A program made the translations under genes and the position numbers. This document shows, one piece after another, positions 9,351 through 19,406 of a stretch of 64,000 nt of DNA. The notes beneath the pieces are model-generated. The model was given only the letters and a program-made list of their open reading frames with translations, searched no databases and had not been told where the DNA came from. Source of the stretch: Lentisphaeria bacterium (GTDB taxonomy: Bacteria; Verrucomicrobiota; Lentisphaeria; JABSQK01; JAWLHB01); assembly GCA_041690595.1 (NCBI GenBank), contig JAWLHB010000023.1, positions 1-64,000 on the forward strand, given 5' to 3'. Positions within the stretch are counted from its first letter, which is position 1, and each line of letters starts with the position of its first letter.

Positions 9351-10922
9351 TTATCTGCTCGTCGAAGATGAAGAAAGCGGGCGCGGAGTGAGATCGGCGC
9401 CTGCCAGTCCAGCAAAGCGTTCATGCCGTGGCTCGACCTCGTTGCCATCATGATAGAAAAGCACCAGCTCCAGCGGCTGATCGGCAAGGGCCATGATCGC
9501 CACATTGTCCGGACTTATGGTGGCTCGCCCCAACACCTTCTCCGTCGGCCACGCCAGGTCCGTGTAGACCGCATAGATCAGCTCCGAACAGACGATCCTG
9601 TCCGGCGTCTCGACATCGAAGTTGAAGTCGTACTCCTTACCGACCTGCCGGAACGCCCGCAACAGCATGGCGGCGGTCTGGGTGGGATCGTGATGCCGAC
9701 GCCGGACCACGGCCAGATCGTCAACGTTCATGAACTCCTCCAGGCGCCGCAGGACAACCCCCTCGCGCAAGGCTTCCAGAACGCCATGACCATCGGCAAT
9801 CTTCGCCTGATGGGGCACGATCAGCGGATGATCCCACAAGCCGGCGGCTTTCAGCTCGGTCTCGGTTCCGACCCAAAGTGCGACATGGCCGAAATGGCCG
9901 GGAATGAGCTTGTCGGTGAGGCGAAAGGGGGTCTTCTCGAGGAGGATGTCCAACGGCCTCAGTTCCTGCTTCAGGCGCGCGATCAACTCCGTATCCCGCA
10001 GCAGCTTGCCCTTGCGAAACTCGACGAGGCCGACGGTATTGCCAAAGCGACGGCTGACCCGGTTCACGGAAGCGAGCGACATGTCATGGAGCCGATCTTG
10101 TCCGTGTGTGGCAATCAGCTTCATGTACCGTGATGAGTCGAAGAGCGGGTCGCCGCTGCCAATCGTCTGCCTGGAAAAGCTTTGCTGAATCAGGCTCCGC
10201 AGGTAGTCCAGCTCGGGATCGACGCCCTGCTCAATCGTATCCTCCATCCGCACCAGCCATTCCAGAGCCTGGCGAAGCTCCTGCCGCTTCGCCGGGGAAT
10301 GATAGGAGTTGACGATCTCCCGGAGGATATCGGGATCGAGGTCGTACCCGGCATCGCCGCGGTTTGCCAGCCGCCGGAGAAAGGGGCTTTCCTGAAAGGC
10401 TGCCATGGCGATGGCGAAGTTATCGTAGAGGAGAAGCGAAGCGGCACTGGTCAACGCGGTCGCCTTGACCGCAAAGCGCTCTTCCAGCAGCCATGGATGG
10501 CGATCGGGGTGATAGAGCTGGTCCCGATACGTGTAGACAAGGCTGAGCACCTCCTGCCGCAGGCCCAGATGCTGCCGCAAGCCAAGATTGAAGCGCTCGA
10601 GATCGTAGCCGCTGAGGGGCAACCCCATGGACTTCCTGCTTTCCAACTCGTCGGCAAAGGCCACCGTCTGGCCACGAAGCACCAGCGCCCATTCCACCAG
10701 CTCCTGAAAATAGGCGATGCTGAGGCTCAGCTTTTCCTGCTCGATCGCGTTGAAACGGTGGCGAAATGCATCCGCATCCACCGGCAGTGCGACATCCGCC
10801 GGCAACCGGGCAGCATCCTCCATCCTGGAAGCGTCGACAAGTCGAGTCCGGCAGCCGGCAAAGATCGTTACAGCAGCGATCAACCCAGGGACAAGAAGGT
10901 GAATCAGGCGCTTCACGGTCAT
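9351..10922 (-). CDS. YiiX/YebB-like permuted papain (NlpC/P60) lipoprotein
   Basis: Lipobox IFAGC after start MTVKR; His in GHFGHVALWVG precedes Cys in YDFNFD...IVCSELIY (permuted order). Confidence 0.85.
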   Translation of the reverse strand: MTVKRLIHLLVPGLIAAVTIFAGCRTRLVDASRMEDAARLPADVALPVDADAFRHRFNAIEQEKLSLSIAYFQELVEWALVLRGQTVAFADELESRKSMGLPLSGYDLERFNLGLRQHLGLRQEVLSLVYTYRDQLYHPDRHPWLLEERFAVKATALTSAASLLLYDNFAIAMAAFQESPFLRRLANRGDAGYDLDPDILREIVNSYHSPAKRQELRQALEWLVRMEDTIEQGVDPELDYLRSLIQQSFSRQTIGSGDPLFDSSRYMKLIATHGQDRLHDMSLASVNRVSRRFGNTVGLVEFRKGKLLRDTELIARLKQELRPLDILLEKTPFRLTDKLIPGHFGHVALWVGTETELKAAGLWDHPLIVPHQAKIADGHGVLEALREGVVLRRLEEFMNVDDLAVVRRRHHDPTQTAAMLLRAFRQVGKEYDFNFDVETPDRIVCSELIYAVYTDLAWPTEKVLGRATISPDNVAIMALADQPLELVLFYHDGNEVEPRHERFAGLAGADLTPRPLSSSSTSR

Positions 10923-11095
10923 CGGCAGACTCCGGCAGTTGTCGGGATTGTCAGGATGCCGTGAATATGGCTGTAATTCGCGCGCAAACAAGCAGGGAAC
11001 ATCAATGAGATGAGGCAGTAGTGCGCAGGAGTTTGCCTGCCGGCGGCGAAACAGGGTAGCTTTAATGAAGCAGGAAACGTCGGCAATCACACCCT

Positions 11096-12448
11096 TTGGA
11101 ATTGGAGCACCAGGTGCAGCATGGCAGGCACAAATCGAAGTCTATCAACCGCTTCCGCCAGTGGTGGTATGAATTGCGGTCGAGCTTCTGGTTTCTTCCG
11201 GCTCTCATCGTCATAGCGGCCACGGTTGCGGCACTCTTGCTGATCGAGATCGACGCCCACTTCGGGGAGGGGTTCGCCTCGGCGTCGCCAAGGCTGTTTG
11301 GCGCCGACGCGGAAGGATCGCTGACTATCCTGACAACGATAGCCAGCGGCATGATCACGGTGGCCGGGGTCGTCTTCTCGATTACCCTGGTGGCGCTCAC
11401 GCTGGCGGCGAGCCAGTACACCTCCCGGGTTCTGCGCAACTTCATGCGCGATCGGATCAACCAGATGGTGCTGGGAATCTTTCTCGGTATCTTCGCCTAT
11501 TGCATGGTGGTCATTCACAGCATCCGCACCTCGGAAGAGGAGCCATTCGTTCCGTCGCTGGCGGTCTTCGGCGGCATAGTGCTGGGTCTTGTCGGGATCA
11601 CGCTGCTGATCTATTTCATTCACCATATCACGACGTCGATTCAGGCAACCCACATCCTGGAAGCGGTACGCGTGGAGACCCTGCGCACGATCGACCACTT
11701 TTTTCCTGACAACATCGAGCAGGAGAGCGATGAGGATAAAGCGCCCCAGCCAGATGACGAGGATAAGGCGTGGCAGGTCGTGCCGGCTGAACATACCGGC
11801 TATCTTCAGCAACTCGACGTGAAAGTCCTGCTGGCGTGGGCGGAGGATCAAGGCGCCGTAATCACCGTCAACCGCGGTGTCGGCGATTTCGTCGTCGAGA
11901 AGACCAATCTGGCCACGATCCACCTGCAACGCCCCTTGGAGACGGAGGATCTATACCTCTTCGACTCGGCCTGCACGATCGGTCAGCTTCGCACCATCGA
12001 ACAAGATGTCGATTTCGGTATTCGCCAGATGGTGGACGTGGCGATGAAGGCCCTGTCACCGGGCATCAACGACACCACGACCGCGGTGATGTGCGTCGAG
12101 CATCTCACGGCACTGCTTGTCGCCCTCGCAGACCGGCGCATCTCGTCCAGCCACTGCGACGGCCGGAACGAGCCACGCATCTTCACCCACGGCCCAAGCT
12201 ATGGAGAGATCGCCGGCAAAGCGTTTGACCAGATTCGCCAACACGCCAAGGGCAATGTGGCGGTTCTGCATCACCTCATCATGGCTTTGGATCTGCTGGC
12301 GGAGAACACGCATCTTCCGCCGCGGCGGCATGTGCTGCTGCACCATGCGCGCCTCATCCAAGAAGCCATCGAGCGGACTGTCGAGGCGCCATTCGACCGC
12401 ATTCAGCTGACGACCCGGATGAACCATCTGATCGCGAGACTGGAGTGA
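11096..12448 (+). CDS. DUF2254 family membrane protein
   Basis: SFWFLPAL, FSITLVALTLAASQYTSRVLRNF, KALSPGINDTTTA. Confidence 0.9.
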   Translation: MELEHQVQHGRHKSKSINRFRQWWYELRSSFWFLPALIVIAATVAALLLIEIDAHFGEGFASASPRLFGADAEGSLTILTTIASGMITVAGVVFSITLVALTLAASQYTSRVLRNFMRDRINQMVLGIFLGIFAYCMVVIHSIRTSEEEPFVPSLAVFGGIVLGLVGITLLIYFIHHITTSIQATHILEAVRVETLRTIDHFFPDNIEQESDEDKAPQPDDEDKAWQVVPAEHTGYLQQLDVKVLLAWAEDQGAVITVNRGVGDFVVEKTNLATIHLQRPLETEDLYLFDSACTIGQLRTIEQDVDFGIRQMVDVAMKALSPGINDTTTAVMCVEHLTALLVALADRRISSSHCDGRNEPRIFTHGPSYGEIAGKAFDQIRQHAKGNVAVLHHLIMALDLLAENTHLPPRRHVLLHHARLIQEAIERTVEAPFDRIQLTTRMNHLIARLE

Positions 12449-12646
12449 ACTGAACCTTGACCTGAACGTGACGCTGAAAGGGAGGATGCTTTCAGCATGG
12501 GTTGAAATTATGGCAAGGCCGTATCTATTACCGGATTATCCGCTTCCTGGAGAGAGAAGCCAGATCGGCGCCCGCGCCCCACACAACTCGGCAGGTGCAG
12601 CCGGCGGCCCTCTCACGAGTTCGACCTGACGACAAAGTGAGACGCC

Positions 12647-15190
12647 ATGAACCTGCCTGCCATCCGCCTCTTTCCGGCCCTGAGTCTTCTCTTCTTCCTC
12701 TGTCTCTTTCCTGTCGCTCCTGCCGCCCCGGAAATATCCGGCGTCTCCCTGCGCTACTGCGGCTCGCTTCGCATCCCCGAGAACGGTTGGGCGTATCTCT
12801 ACTACGACCTCAAGAATCCAGACGCGCAGCCGGTCAATCTGAAGCTGGTGCTCAAGCCGGAAGGGCAGGTGAACATCACCATTTACGAGCATCAGTTGAC
12901 GCTGCCGGCCAAGTCGCGCTTCAAGTCGCGCGTCCCCGTTACCATCGGCAAGGTTCAGAGCTATACCGCCTCACTTTACGCCGATGGGCATCTCATCGAC
13001 GACGATGAGCTGCTATTGAGCGTGCCGGCACGTGAGCAGGAGAAACGGCTGGAACGTGAAGCAGCAAGCAGCGGCCGGCAACTTTCGGAATTGGAAAAGG
13101 GAATTGCACTCGGAAACGAACGTTTCGTCTTTTTCGCCAACGACAACCTGGAGCTTTCTTACGGGACTTTCGCCAAGAATGAGGCATTGAACCACAAATA
13201 CCTGACCTCGACTATCCGCCAGCGCGATATACCGGAACATTACGCGCAGTATGGGGATGCCCACATGGTGGTCCTCCAGCAGCCGGCTTTTGCACGCTGG
13301 ACGAACAGACAGGTCAAGGCGCTGCTCGATTTCGTGGCTCACGGCGGAAGTGTGCTCTTCGCCGGGCCGCACGGACTTATGGACGCCTATCAGCACACCA
13401 TGCTGCGTCGGCTCGTTTCGGTGGAGCCCCTGCGGGTGCGCAAGCTGGAGCAACTTGACGCTCTGCAGGCCATTGGCGGCAGCTCGCTCGAATGGGAAAG
13501 CGGGATCGATTTTCTGGAATCGGTGCCGAATGGAGCGGGTATCGACACCCTCAGCCACGACGGATTCCCGCTGCTGCGGTGGAGCCGTTACGGCCTGGGC
13601 TACGTTGGCGTCTGCGCGATCGATCCTTCGGATCCGAGCATCCAGGGAACCGCCAATTTCGGGGCGCTCTGGAATCACATCTTCACCTTTGGCGGCAACA
13701 ACAGCCTCACCACGAGTCGCGGTGATGTCAACATCGCGCAGGCGCTCGATACCATCACCGGTGTCGCCATTCCCAGAGCGCAGCAGATTCAACTCTTCCT
13801 CCTTGGGTATCTCGTCCTGGTCGTGCTGCTGATCGGCGGCGGCATGGCTACCAGAATGCGCATGCAGGCCTGGATCGGACTCGGCATCATCGCCATTATC
13901 ACCACCGTTTTCATTTTCCACTTCGCCAACCGCCGAGCGGCCAGCCTGAGCACCCATACCGCATCCATACTCGATTTTCAGGTCGAGGGCGCACATGATA
14001 CCACCGGCGAAGAGCTGATCAGCCTCTTTCTGAAGAGAGAAGAGGTGCTCACCTTGCGCAGCCCCAGCGTCGACAGCGAGATACGCTCACTGCTGCCGCC
14101 GCCCCAGCGGCCGGTCGACAACACGTACCAGGCCAACTGGGCATCGGAAGCCGCCAACACGAACGAAGCGGATGCAGCCCTTGCCACCACCAATCCGATC
14201 GTCAGCCGCGGGGGCGCCAGCGAAGCCATTCGCGATCCCCTTCGCATCACCCTTCGCGATGGCCATTCCATCCTCGATCAGTTGACGGTGAAGCGGCAGA
14301 TGCCGCGCTTTTACGGCGTCCTCTATTCAGGGACGGCCTCGCCCGACTGGCAGCCTCCCGTCGTCACGTGGCAGATCAACGGTCCGCTGATGGATCGCTG
14401 GCCCGTGCCGGCCGGCATACCCGCCAGCGAAGCCTTTTTTGTTTGCGAAACCGGCTACTACGCCGTCACCCTCCGCGATGGCTATTGTTCGCTCACCAGC
14501 GAGACGCAGAACGCCAGCTTTCGTGAAGCCTCGAAGGAGATCGTCTTCCTCCGTTCTTATTTGGGCGAACAAAAGCTTCCATCGCCCATGCTGGTATTGA
14601 TCGGCGAGAGTGCTCGGGATTCGAGCGGGATTCTGCCGGAGAACTTCGAAATTCTGGGTCGTCGCATCAGCATGATTCCGGTCCTCGAGCAGCGTATCGA
14701 GGAGCGGGCAGCCATACCCTTCCGGCGCATTTCGGTAGAGACAGGTCGCCTCAGCCGCCTGCTGCGGCTCAAGAATCAGTGGCAGGCGGATTCTACGCTG
14801 AAAGGAAACGACACCAAAGACTACGATTTCATCGCCTGCCTGCCACCCGGGTACAACCGCATGTCGCTCGACACGGTCCGCATTCGTTTTGTTGCCGACA
14901 ACCGCGGCAAGAACCTGCAATTTGCCCTCTATCTGGTGGATCCCAACGCACCGGAAGGGGAAGATCTGATCAAATTCACCTCACAAGAAGATGGTGTTTA
15001 TACCTTCACCAATCTCGCCGGCCGCCTTCTGGACCCTGCCGGCGGCAGGTTCCGGTTCGTCGTGCGCGCGAGTACCATTCAACCCGTTGTCGACCCGAAT
15101 GTGGCGGCGCGGATGAACACCTGGCTTGTGCGAGAACTGGATCTTGCCGCAGAAGGCATCCTGCCACCGGAAACCCGAGGAAGGCTCTGA
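12647..15190 (+). CDS. Large membrane/periplasmic accessory protein of ABC system (GATase-like domain, two central TM helices)
   Basis: Signal peptide, ALLDFVAHGGSVLFAG segment, two TM helices; 4 bp upstream of the ABC ATPase. Confidence 0.75.
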   Translation: MNLPAIRLFPALSLLFFLCLFPVAPAAPEISGVSLRYCGSLRIPENGWAYLYYDLKNPDAQPVNLKLVLKPEGQVNITIYEHQLTLPAKSRFKSRVPVTIGKVQSYTASLYADGHLIDDDELLLSVPAREQEKRLEREAASSGRQLSELEKGIALGNERFVFFANDNLELSYGTFAKNEALNHKYLTSTIRQRDIPEHYAQYGDAHMVVLQQPAFARWTNRQVKALLDFVAHGGSVLFAGPHGLMDAYQHTMLRRLVSVEPLRVRKLEQLDALQAIGGSSLEWESGIDFLESVPNGAGIDTLSHDGFPLLRWSRYGLGYVGVCAIDPSDPSIQGTANFGALWNHIFTFGGNNSLTTSRGDVNIAQALDTITGVAIPRAQQIQLFLLGYLVLVVLLIGGGMATRMRMQAWIGLGIIAIITTVFIFHFANRRAASLSTHTASILDFQVEGAHDTTGEELISLFLKREEVLTLRSPSVDSEIRSLLPPPQRPVDNTYQANWASEAANTNEADAALATTNPIVSRGGASEAIRDPLRITLRDGHSILDQLTVKRQMPRFYGVLYSGTASPDWQPPVVTWQINGPLMDRWPVPAGIPASEAFFVCETGYYAVTLRDGYCSLTSETQNASFREASKEIVFLRSYLGEQKLPSPMLVLIGESARDSSGILPENFEILGRRISMIPVLEQRIEERAAIPFRRISVETGRLSRLLRLKNQWQADSTLKGNDTKDYDFIACLPPGYNRMSLDTVRIRFVADNRGKNLQFALYLVDPNAPEGEDLIKFTSQEDGVYTFTNLAGRLLDPAGGRFRFVVRASTIQPVVDPNVAARMNTWLVRELDLAAEGILPPETRGRL

Positions 15191-15194
15191 ACCC

Positions 15195-16190
15195 ATGACT
15201 ATGATTATCCGTACCGTCAACCTCTGCAAAGACTACGGCGGGGGCCGAGGCATCAACAACCTCAATCTGGAAGTGCCGGCCAAGTCCGTCTTTGGTTATA
15301 TTGGCCCGAATGGATCGGGCAAGACCACCACGATCCGCATCCTTTGCGGGCTCCTGCGCCCGGACTCCGGGGAAGCCTATATCGACGGCATCGAGTGTCG
15401 GCAGAAGAATCATGTCCAGATCAAACGCACCGTCGGCTATCTGCCCGATGAGTTTGGTGTTTATGACCAGATGAGCGTCTGGGAGTATCTGGATTTCTTT
15501 GGCGCGGCCTTCAAGATCCCCCCCAAGGAGCGTCGTCGCCGCATCGAAGAGGTTCTGGAGTTGACGGACTCCCGGCACATGCTCGATTACCAGGTCAACT
15601 CGCTGTCGCGCGGCATGCACCAGAAGATCGGTATTGCCAAGACGATGCTGCACGATCCGAAGGTACTTATTCTCGACGAACCGGCCAACGGTCTGGACCC
15701 GCATGCTCGTATCGAGATGCGCAAGACGATTCTCCGGCTCAAGGAAATCGGCAAGACGATCATGCTCTCCTCGCACATCCTGCCCGAGCTGGGCTCCATC
15801 TGCGACCTGGTCGGCATTATCGAGCGCGGCAAGCTCCTCACCCAGGGCACCGTTCAGGAGATCAGCCGCTCGCTGAAGGAGAACATCAACCTGGAGATCA
15901 TGGTCGCCAGCGACATCAAGGAAGCCGCGGAAACCTGCCGCCAGTTCGAAAATGTCAAGAATGTCTCGTTTGCCGGCAATGAAATCCGTGCGGAGTTCAT
16001 CGGAATCCGGGACAAGCTTGCCGACCTGAATCGCTTTCTCGTGGAGAAGAACATCCGTGTCATCTCGTTTCGCGAGACCGAGGTCGACCTTGAAAACGTC
16101 TTCCTGGCTGTTACCGGCAAGGAAGCACGTGCCGCCGCCGAGCGTGCCGCCGCCGCCAAGACCGCGCCACCCAAAGCCGTTCGGAGTTGA
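15195..16190 (+). CDS. ABC transporter ATP-binding protein
   Basis: Walker A GPNGSGKTT, signature LSRGMHQK, Walker B LILDEP, H-loop SSH. Confidence 0.95.
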   Translation: MTMIIRTVNLCKDYGGGRGINNLNLEVPAKSVFGYIGPNGSGKTTTIRILCGLLRPDSGEAYIDGIECRQKNHVQIKRTVGYLPDEFGVYDQMSVWEYLDFFGAAFKIPPKERRRRIEEVLELTDSRHMLDYQVNSLSRGMHQKIGIAKTMLHDPKVLILDEPANGLDPHARIEMRKTILRLKEIGKTIMLSSHILPELGSICDLVGIIERGKLLTQGTVQEISRSLKENINLEIMVASDIKEAAETCRQFENVKNVSFAGNEIRAEFIGIRDKLADLNRFLVEKNIRVISFRETEVDLENVFLAVTGKEARAAAERAAAAKTAPPKAVRS

Positions 16191-18106
16191 GAGCCATCAT
16201 GCTGTTCAAGAATCCGATCTTTCTGCGTGAGATGAAGGGGGCAATCCGTGACCCGAAGATTGTCCTGCTCATCATTGGCTACGTTGCCCTGCTGAGCGTG
16301 ATCCTGATGTTTCTCTGGCCGACCAGCGGGATCTTCTCGCTGGCCTCGGAGAGCAGCCTGAACATCTTCACGATCTTCCTGATGAGCAACCTCGCCCTGA
16401 TCCTCCTGCTGGTGCCAGCACTCACCAGCCCCGCCATTACCAGCGAACGGGAGAACAACAGCTTCGACCTGCTCTTCACGTCGCTGATGAAACCCAGCGA
16501 GATCCTGCTTGGCAAGCTCTTCGCGACCATCACCATGATTCTGCTGGTGATCCTGGTCTCGATGCCGGTGGCGGCGCTCTGTGCGCTGAGTGGCGGCATC
16601 GGCCCACCGCTCCTCCTGCGTGCCTACTTCATCATTCTGCTTTCCGCGGTCACCTATGGCATGCTCGGCCTGGCGCTCAGCGCCGTCTGCAAACAGACCT
16701 TCACGGCGCTGATTCTCTGTTATGTCCTGGTGGCCATCCTGGCCGGCAGCACCTGGCTGCCCTACTACCTGCTCGGACGCCTCAGCGATCTGAGCGGCGT
16801 CTGGCTGCTTATCCGCAGCCTCTCCCCCTTCGACGCCATTTATTCGCTCGTCTTCCCGGAGCGCTACGGCCTGACCCAGTTGACGCAGACGGGGGGCGGT
16901 CACCTGACCACCTTCTATGTACATGCCGCCGGCATGCTTGCCATGCTCGCTTTTTTCTTCTTTATCTTCTGGCGATACATCTTCGCGCCACCGAAGGCCG
17001 GTCTTCTCTATCGCTGGAGCGCGTACGCGCTGGTGCCCGTCTTCCTGCTGATCGTCGGCATCGAGTGGAGCCTGTACAAGCGTTTCGACGCGGATCCGAT
17101 GCTCTTCGGCTGGGAGGTGAGCGACTTCCAGTTCTATGCCTTGATCGCCCTGATCGACGCGTCGCTGCTGATCGTCATGTGGCGCCTCTTCCGCCTCTCC
17201 TTCACCGTCGACGTCAAGTACCACGATCAGTTTGACGATATGGGTACCGTCGTGAAGCGCAAACTGCACTGGCCCTTCTATCTGATCGATCCGCTCAAAC
17301 GGAAGAAGCCGATCCGCTCCTGGCAGAATCCGGTCTTCCTGGCGGAGTTGCGCAGCAAGGTCTTCGGCAATCCCAAGTTCCTCATCCGCGGAGTCGCTGG
17401 CTGCTTCATCGCGATCATGGCCCTGCTGGTGCTCATCTGCTTCCAGTATGGCAATTATCTGAAGCAGGACGTAGTGCGCTGGGTGGCGGTGGTTTTTCAG
17501 TTGGGGATTGTGGCGATTCTGGCGCCGGCAATCAGCAGCGGCTCCATAACCGACGAGATCACCAGCCGCACCTTCAAGATGCTGCGAATGACACCCATCT
17601 CCGCCACCAGGGTGGTGAGCGGCAAGCTCAAGGCGGGCTTCCTCTACGTCTCGATCTTCCTGCTGAGCAGCCTGCCGATCCTGCTGGCTCTCGCCTATCT
17701 GGATACCACGCGGGATGAGTTCAATATGCAGACGCTCTGGCGCGTTGGCGCCTGGTTCATCATTATGCTCTTCTCGACGCTGGCGTTCATTACCGCGGGC
17801 TTCTGCGCCTCGGCCTTCTCGAAAACAACCAGCGGAGCCACCGCGGTCAGTTATACCTTTGCCGGTATCATTTGTATCGTCAGTTTCGCGGCGTTGATTC
17901 CCGGGGCCTTCACGGTTGCCACCCAGGAGGCGATCCTGCAGGTCAACCCGATCGTGGCAGCACTGCGAGTTACCTCGGATGAAATGTTCGCCCAGTTGTC
18001 GCCCAATATCTGGATGCGCAATATCGCCTTCCTGGTGAGCGTATCGGTGATCTTCATCGTTGCCTCGTCGATACGCGTCTACAGCATCTTCACCCGACAG
18101 GTGTGA
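16187..18106 (+). CDS. ABC-2 type permease with two repeated permease halves
   Basis: NPIFLREMK...AITSERE repeated as NPVFLAELR...SITDEIT; many TM helices; overlaps the ATPase stop codon. Confidence 0.9.
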   Translation: MRAIMLFKNPIFLREMKGAIRDPKIVLLIIGYVALLSVILMFLWPTSGIFSLASESSLNIFTIFLMSNLALILLLVPALTSPAITSERENNSFDLLFTSLMKPSEILLGKLFATITMILLVILVSMPVAALCALSGGIGPPLLLRAYFIILLSAVTYGMLGLALSAVCKQTFTALILCYVLVAILAGSTWLPYYLLGRLSDLSGVWLLIRSLSPFDAIYSLVFPERYGLTQLTQTGGGHLTTFYVHAAGMLAMLAFFFFIFWRYIFAPPKAGLLYRWSAYALVPVFLLIVGIEWSLYKRFDADPMLFGWEVSDFQFYALIALIDASLLIVMWRLFRLSFTVDVKYHDQFDDMGTVVKRKLHWPFYLIDPLKRKKPIRSWQNPVFLAELRSKVFGNPKFLIRGVAGCFIAIMALLVLICFQYGNYLKQDVVRWVAVVFQLGIVAILAPAISSGSITDEITSRTFKMLRMTPISATRVVSGKLKAGFLYVSIFLLSSLPILLALAYLDTTRDEFNMQTLWRVGAWFIIMLFSTLAFITAGFCASAFSKTTSGATAVSYTFAGIICIVSFAALIPGAFTVATQEAILQVNPIVAALRVTSDEMFAQLSPNIWMRNIAFLVSVSVIFIVASSIRVYSIFTRQV

Positions 18107-18122
18107 GGAAGCCATTTCCCGT

Positions 18123-18148
18123 GGCGGAGCCTGCGCTCCGCCTTTTTT
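18123..18148 (+). terminator. Rho-independent terminator
   Basis: GGCGGAGC-ctgc-GCTCCGCC followed by TTTTTT, just after the permease stop. Confidence 0.9.
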
Positions 18149-18169
18149 GTGTCTTCATGGCATGTATGC

Positions 18170-18216
18170 TTGATTTTCTCAATCAAATAGTTAATTTTGC
18201 TTATATCGGGATAAGC
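18170..18216. promoter_or_regulatory. Two inverted repeats upstream of DUF2089 gene (candidate operators)
   Basis: TTGATT-N5-AATCAA (18170-18186) and GCTTAT-N6-ATAAGC (18199-18216) in an AT-rich intergenic region. Confidence 0.5.
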
Positions 18217-18220
18217 GATC

Positions 18221-18613
18221 ATGAGCAAAAGCGACAAGACATTAAGGCCGGCGATAAGCACGTGCCCCGTCTGCGGAGACGGGATGCAGGTCAGCGTACT
18301 CAGCTGTCCGGGGTGTGAGTCGCAGTTGCACGGGAGCTTCTCCCTGCCTGTGTTGGCGCGCTTGCCGAAAGAGCTGCAGGAGGTGGTGATGGTCTTCCTG
18401 CGCTGCCGCGGGAACATCAAGGAAGTGGAGCGCGAGTTGGGGATCTCGTATCCGACGGTCTCGAAGAAGCTCGATGCCATCAACTATCTGCTCGGCGCGA
18501 TGCCCGCCGTTGATGCCAACAGGAGCATGATATTGCGCCGTCTCGAAGCCGGCGAGATCGCCGTGGCAGACGCGATCGCTCAACTGAAGAGCTTGGATAC
18601 AACCAGAAGATGA
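18221..18613 (+). CDS. DUF2089 family zinc-ribbon/HTH protein
   Basis: CPVCG...CPGC zinc ribbon, RGNIKEVERELGISYPTV HTH, C-terminal ILRRLEAGEIAVADAIAQL helix. Confidence 0.9.
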   Translation: MSKSDKTLRPAISTCPVCGDGMQVSVLSCPGCESQLHGSFSLPVLARLPKELQEVVMVFLRCRGNIKEVERELGISYPTVSKKLDAINYLLGAMPAVDANRSMILRRLEAGEIAVADAIAQLKSLDTTRR

Positions 18614-18614
18614 G

Positions 18615-19406
18615 GTGAAGAAAATGGAAGTCGGTATTGCTCTGTTGTTAGCGCTGAGTGCGGTGCTGGTGGTTTGGCTGGCATACCGCAGCCCGAAGGT
18701 GGGCGTCAGCCTGGCCGGTCTCCTGCTGCTGGTCATCGCCGGTCTCTTTTTCGGTATAAAGATCATTTTCGCCATTCTGCTGGCGCTCCTCATTGGCGGC
18801 GTGTGCTTTGCCGGATGGCGTCTTTTTCAGCGGCTGCCGCCCAACGTCTCGCCAGCGCTTCTGAACGGTGCTTCGAGCGAAGATCGGCGGATGGTGATGC
18901 AGATGCTGCGCGAGGGCAAGATCACGGCCGAGGAGGCGCAGGAGCTACTGGCTGCACTGCCGGCACCCTACCTGCCCCCCGCGGACCAGGTGCCGGTGCC
19001 ACGCACGGTGCTGGCATCTATCATCGGCGGCATCATGGTAGCCGTTGGTTTCGTCCTGCCATGGGCCTTCATTCGCATGCCGATGGGGCACATGCAGGGC
19101 CAGATGCAAGGGCACCAGTCGGGCTATCACGTCGGCGCAATCGGATGGCTGATTCTGGCGATCGGCCTGCTCCCTGCCATTCTGGCCACCATTCCGGCCC
19201 TGGACACGGGGCTGCGGCAGGGGATGCTGCGCGCCGTGTTGTCGGCAACCGGGCTGGCCCTGACGCTGGCCATGCTGGTCAAGAGTCCCGGCGGTCCAGG
19301 TCTGTGGGTCTGCCTTGGCGGCTTCCTTGTTCAACTGCTGAGCGCCGTGGTTCAGGTGCGCCCCGTGCTGCCGGTCGATTCCTCCAGCGTAGCGAAGGCT
19401 CAGTGA
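18615..19406 (+). CDS. Membrane protein with SHOCT-like (YvlB/LiaX N-terminal-like) segment
   Basis: Multiple TM helices; EDRRMVMQMLREGKITAEEAQELLAAL motif. Confidence 0.75.
   Translation: MKKMEVGIALLLALSAVLVVWLAYRSPKVGVSLAGLLLLVIAGLFFGIKIIFAILLALLIGGVCFAGWRLFQRLPPNVSPALLNGASSEDRRMVMQMLREGKITAEEAQELLAALPAPYLPPADQVPVPRTVLASIIGGIMVAVGFVLPWAFIRMPMGHMQGQMQGHQSGYHVGAIGWLILAIGLLPAILATIPALDTGLRQGMLRAVLSATGLALTLAMLVKSPGGPGLWVCLGGFLVQLLSAVVQVRPVLPVDSSSVAKAQ

Noticed and set aside
18170..18186. FNR box
   Set aside because: TTGAT and ATCAA are separated by 7 bp rather than the required 4.
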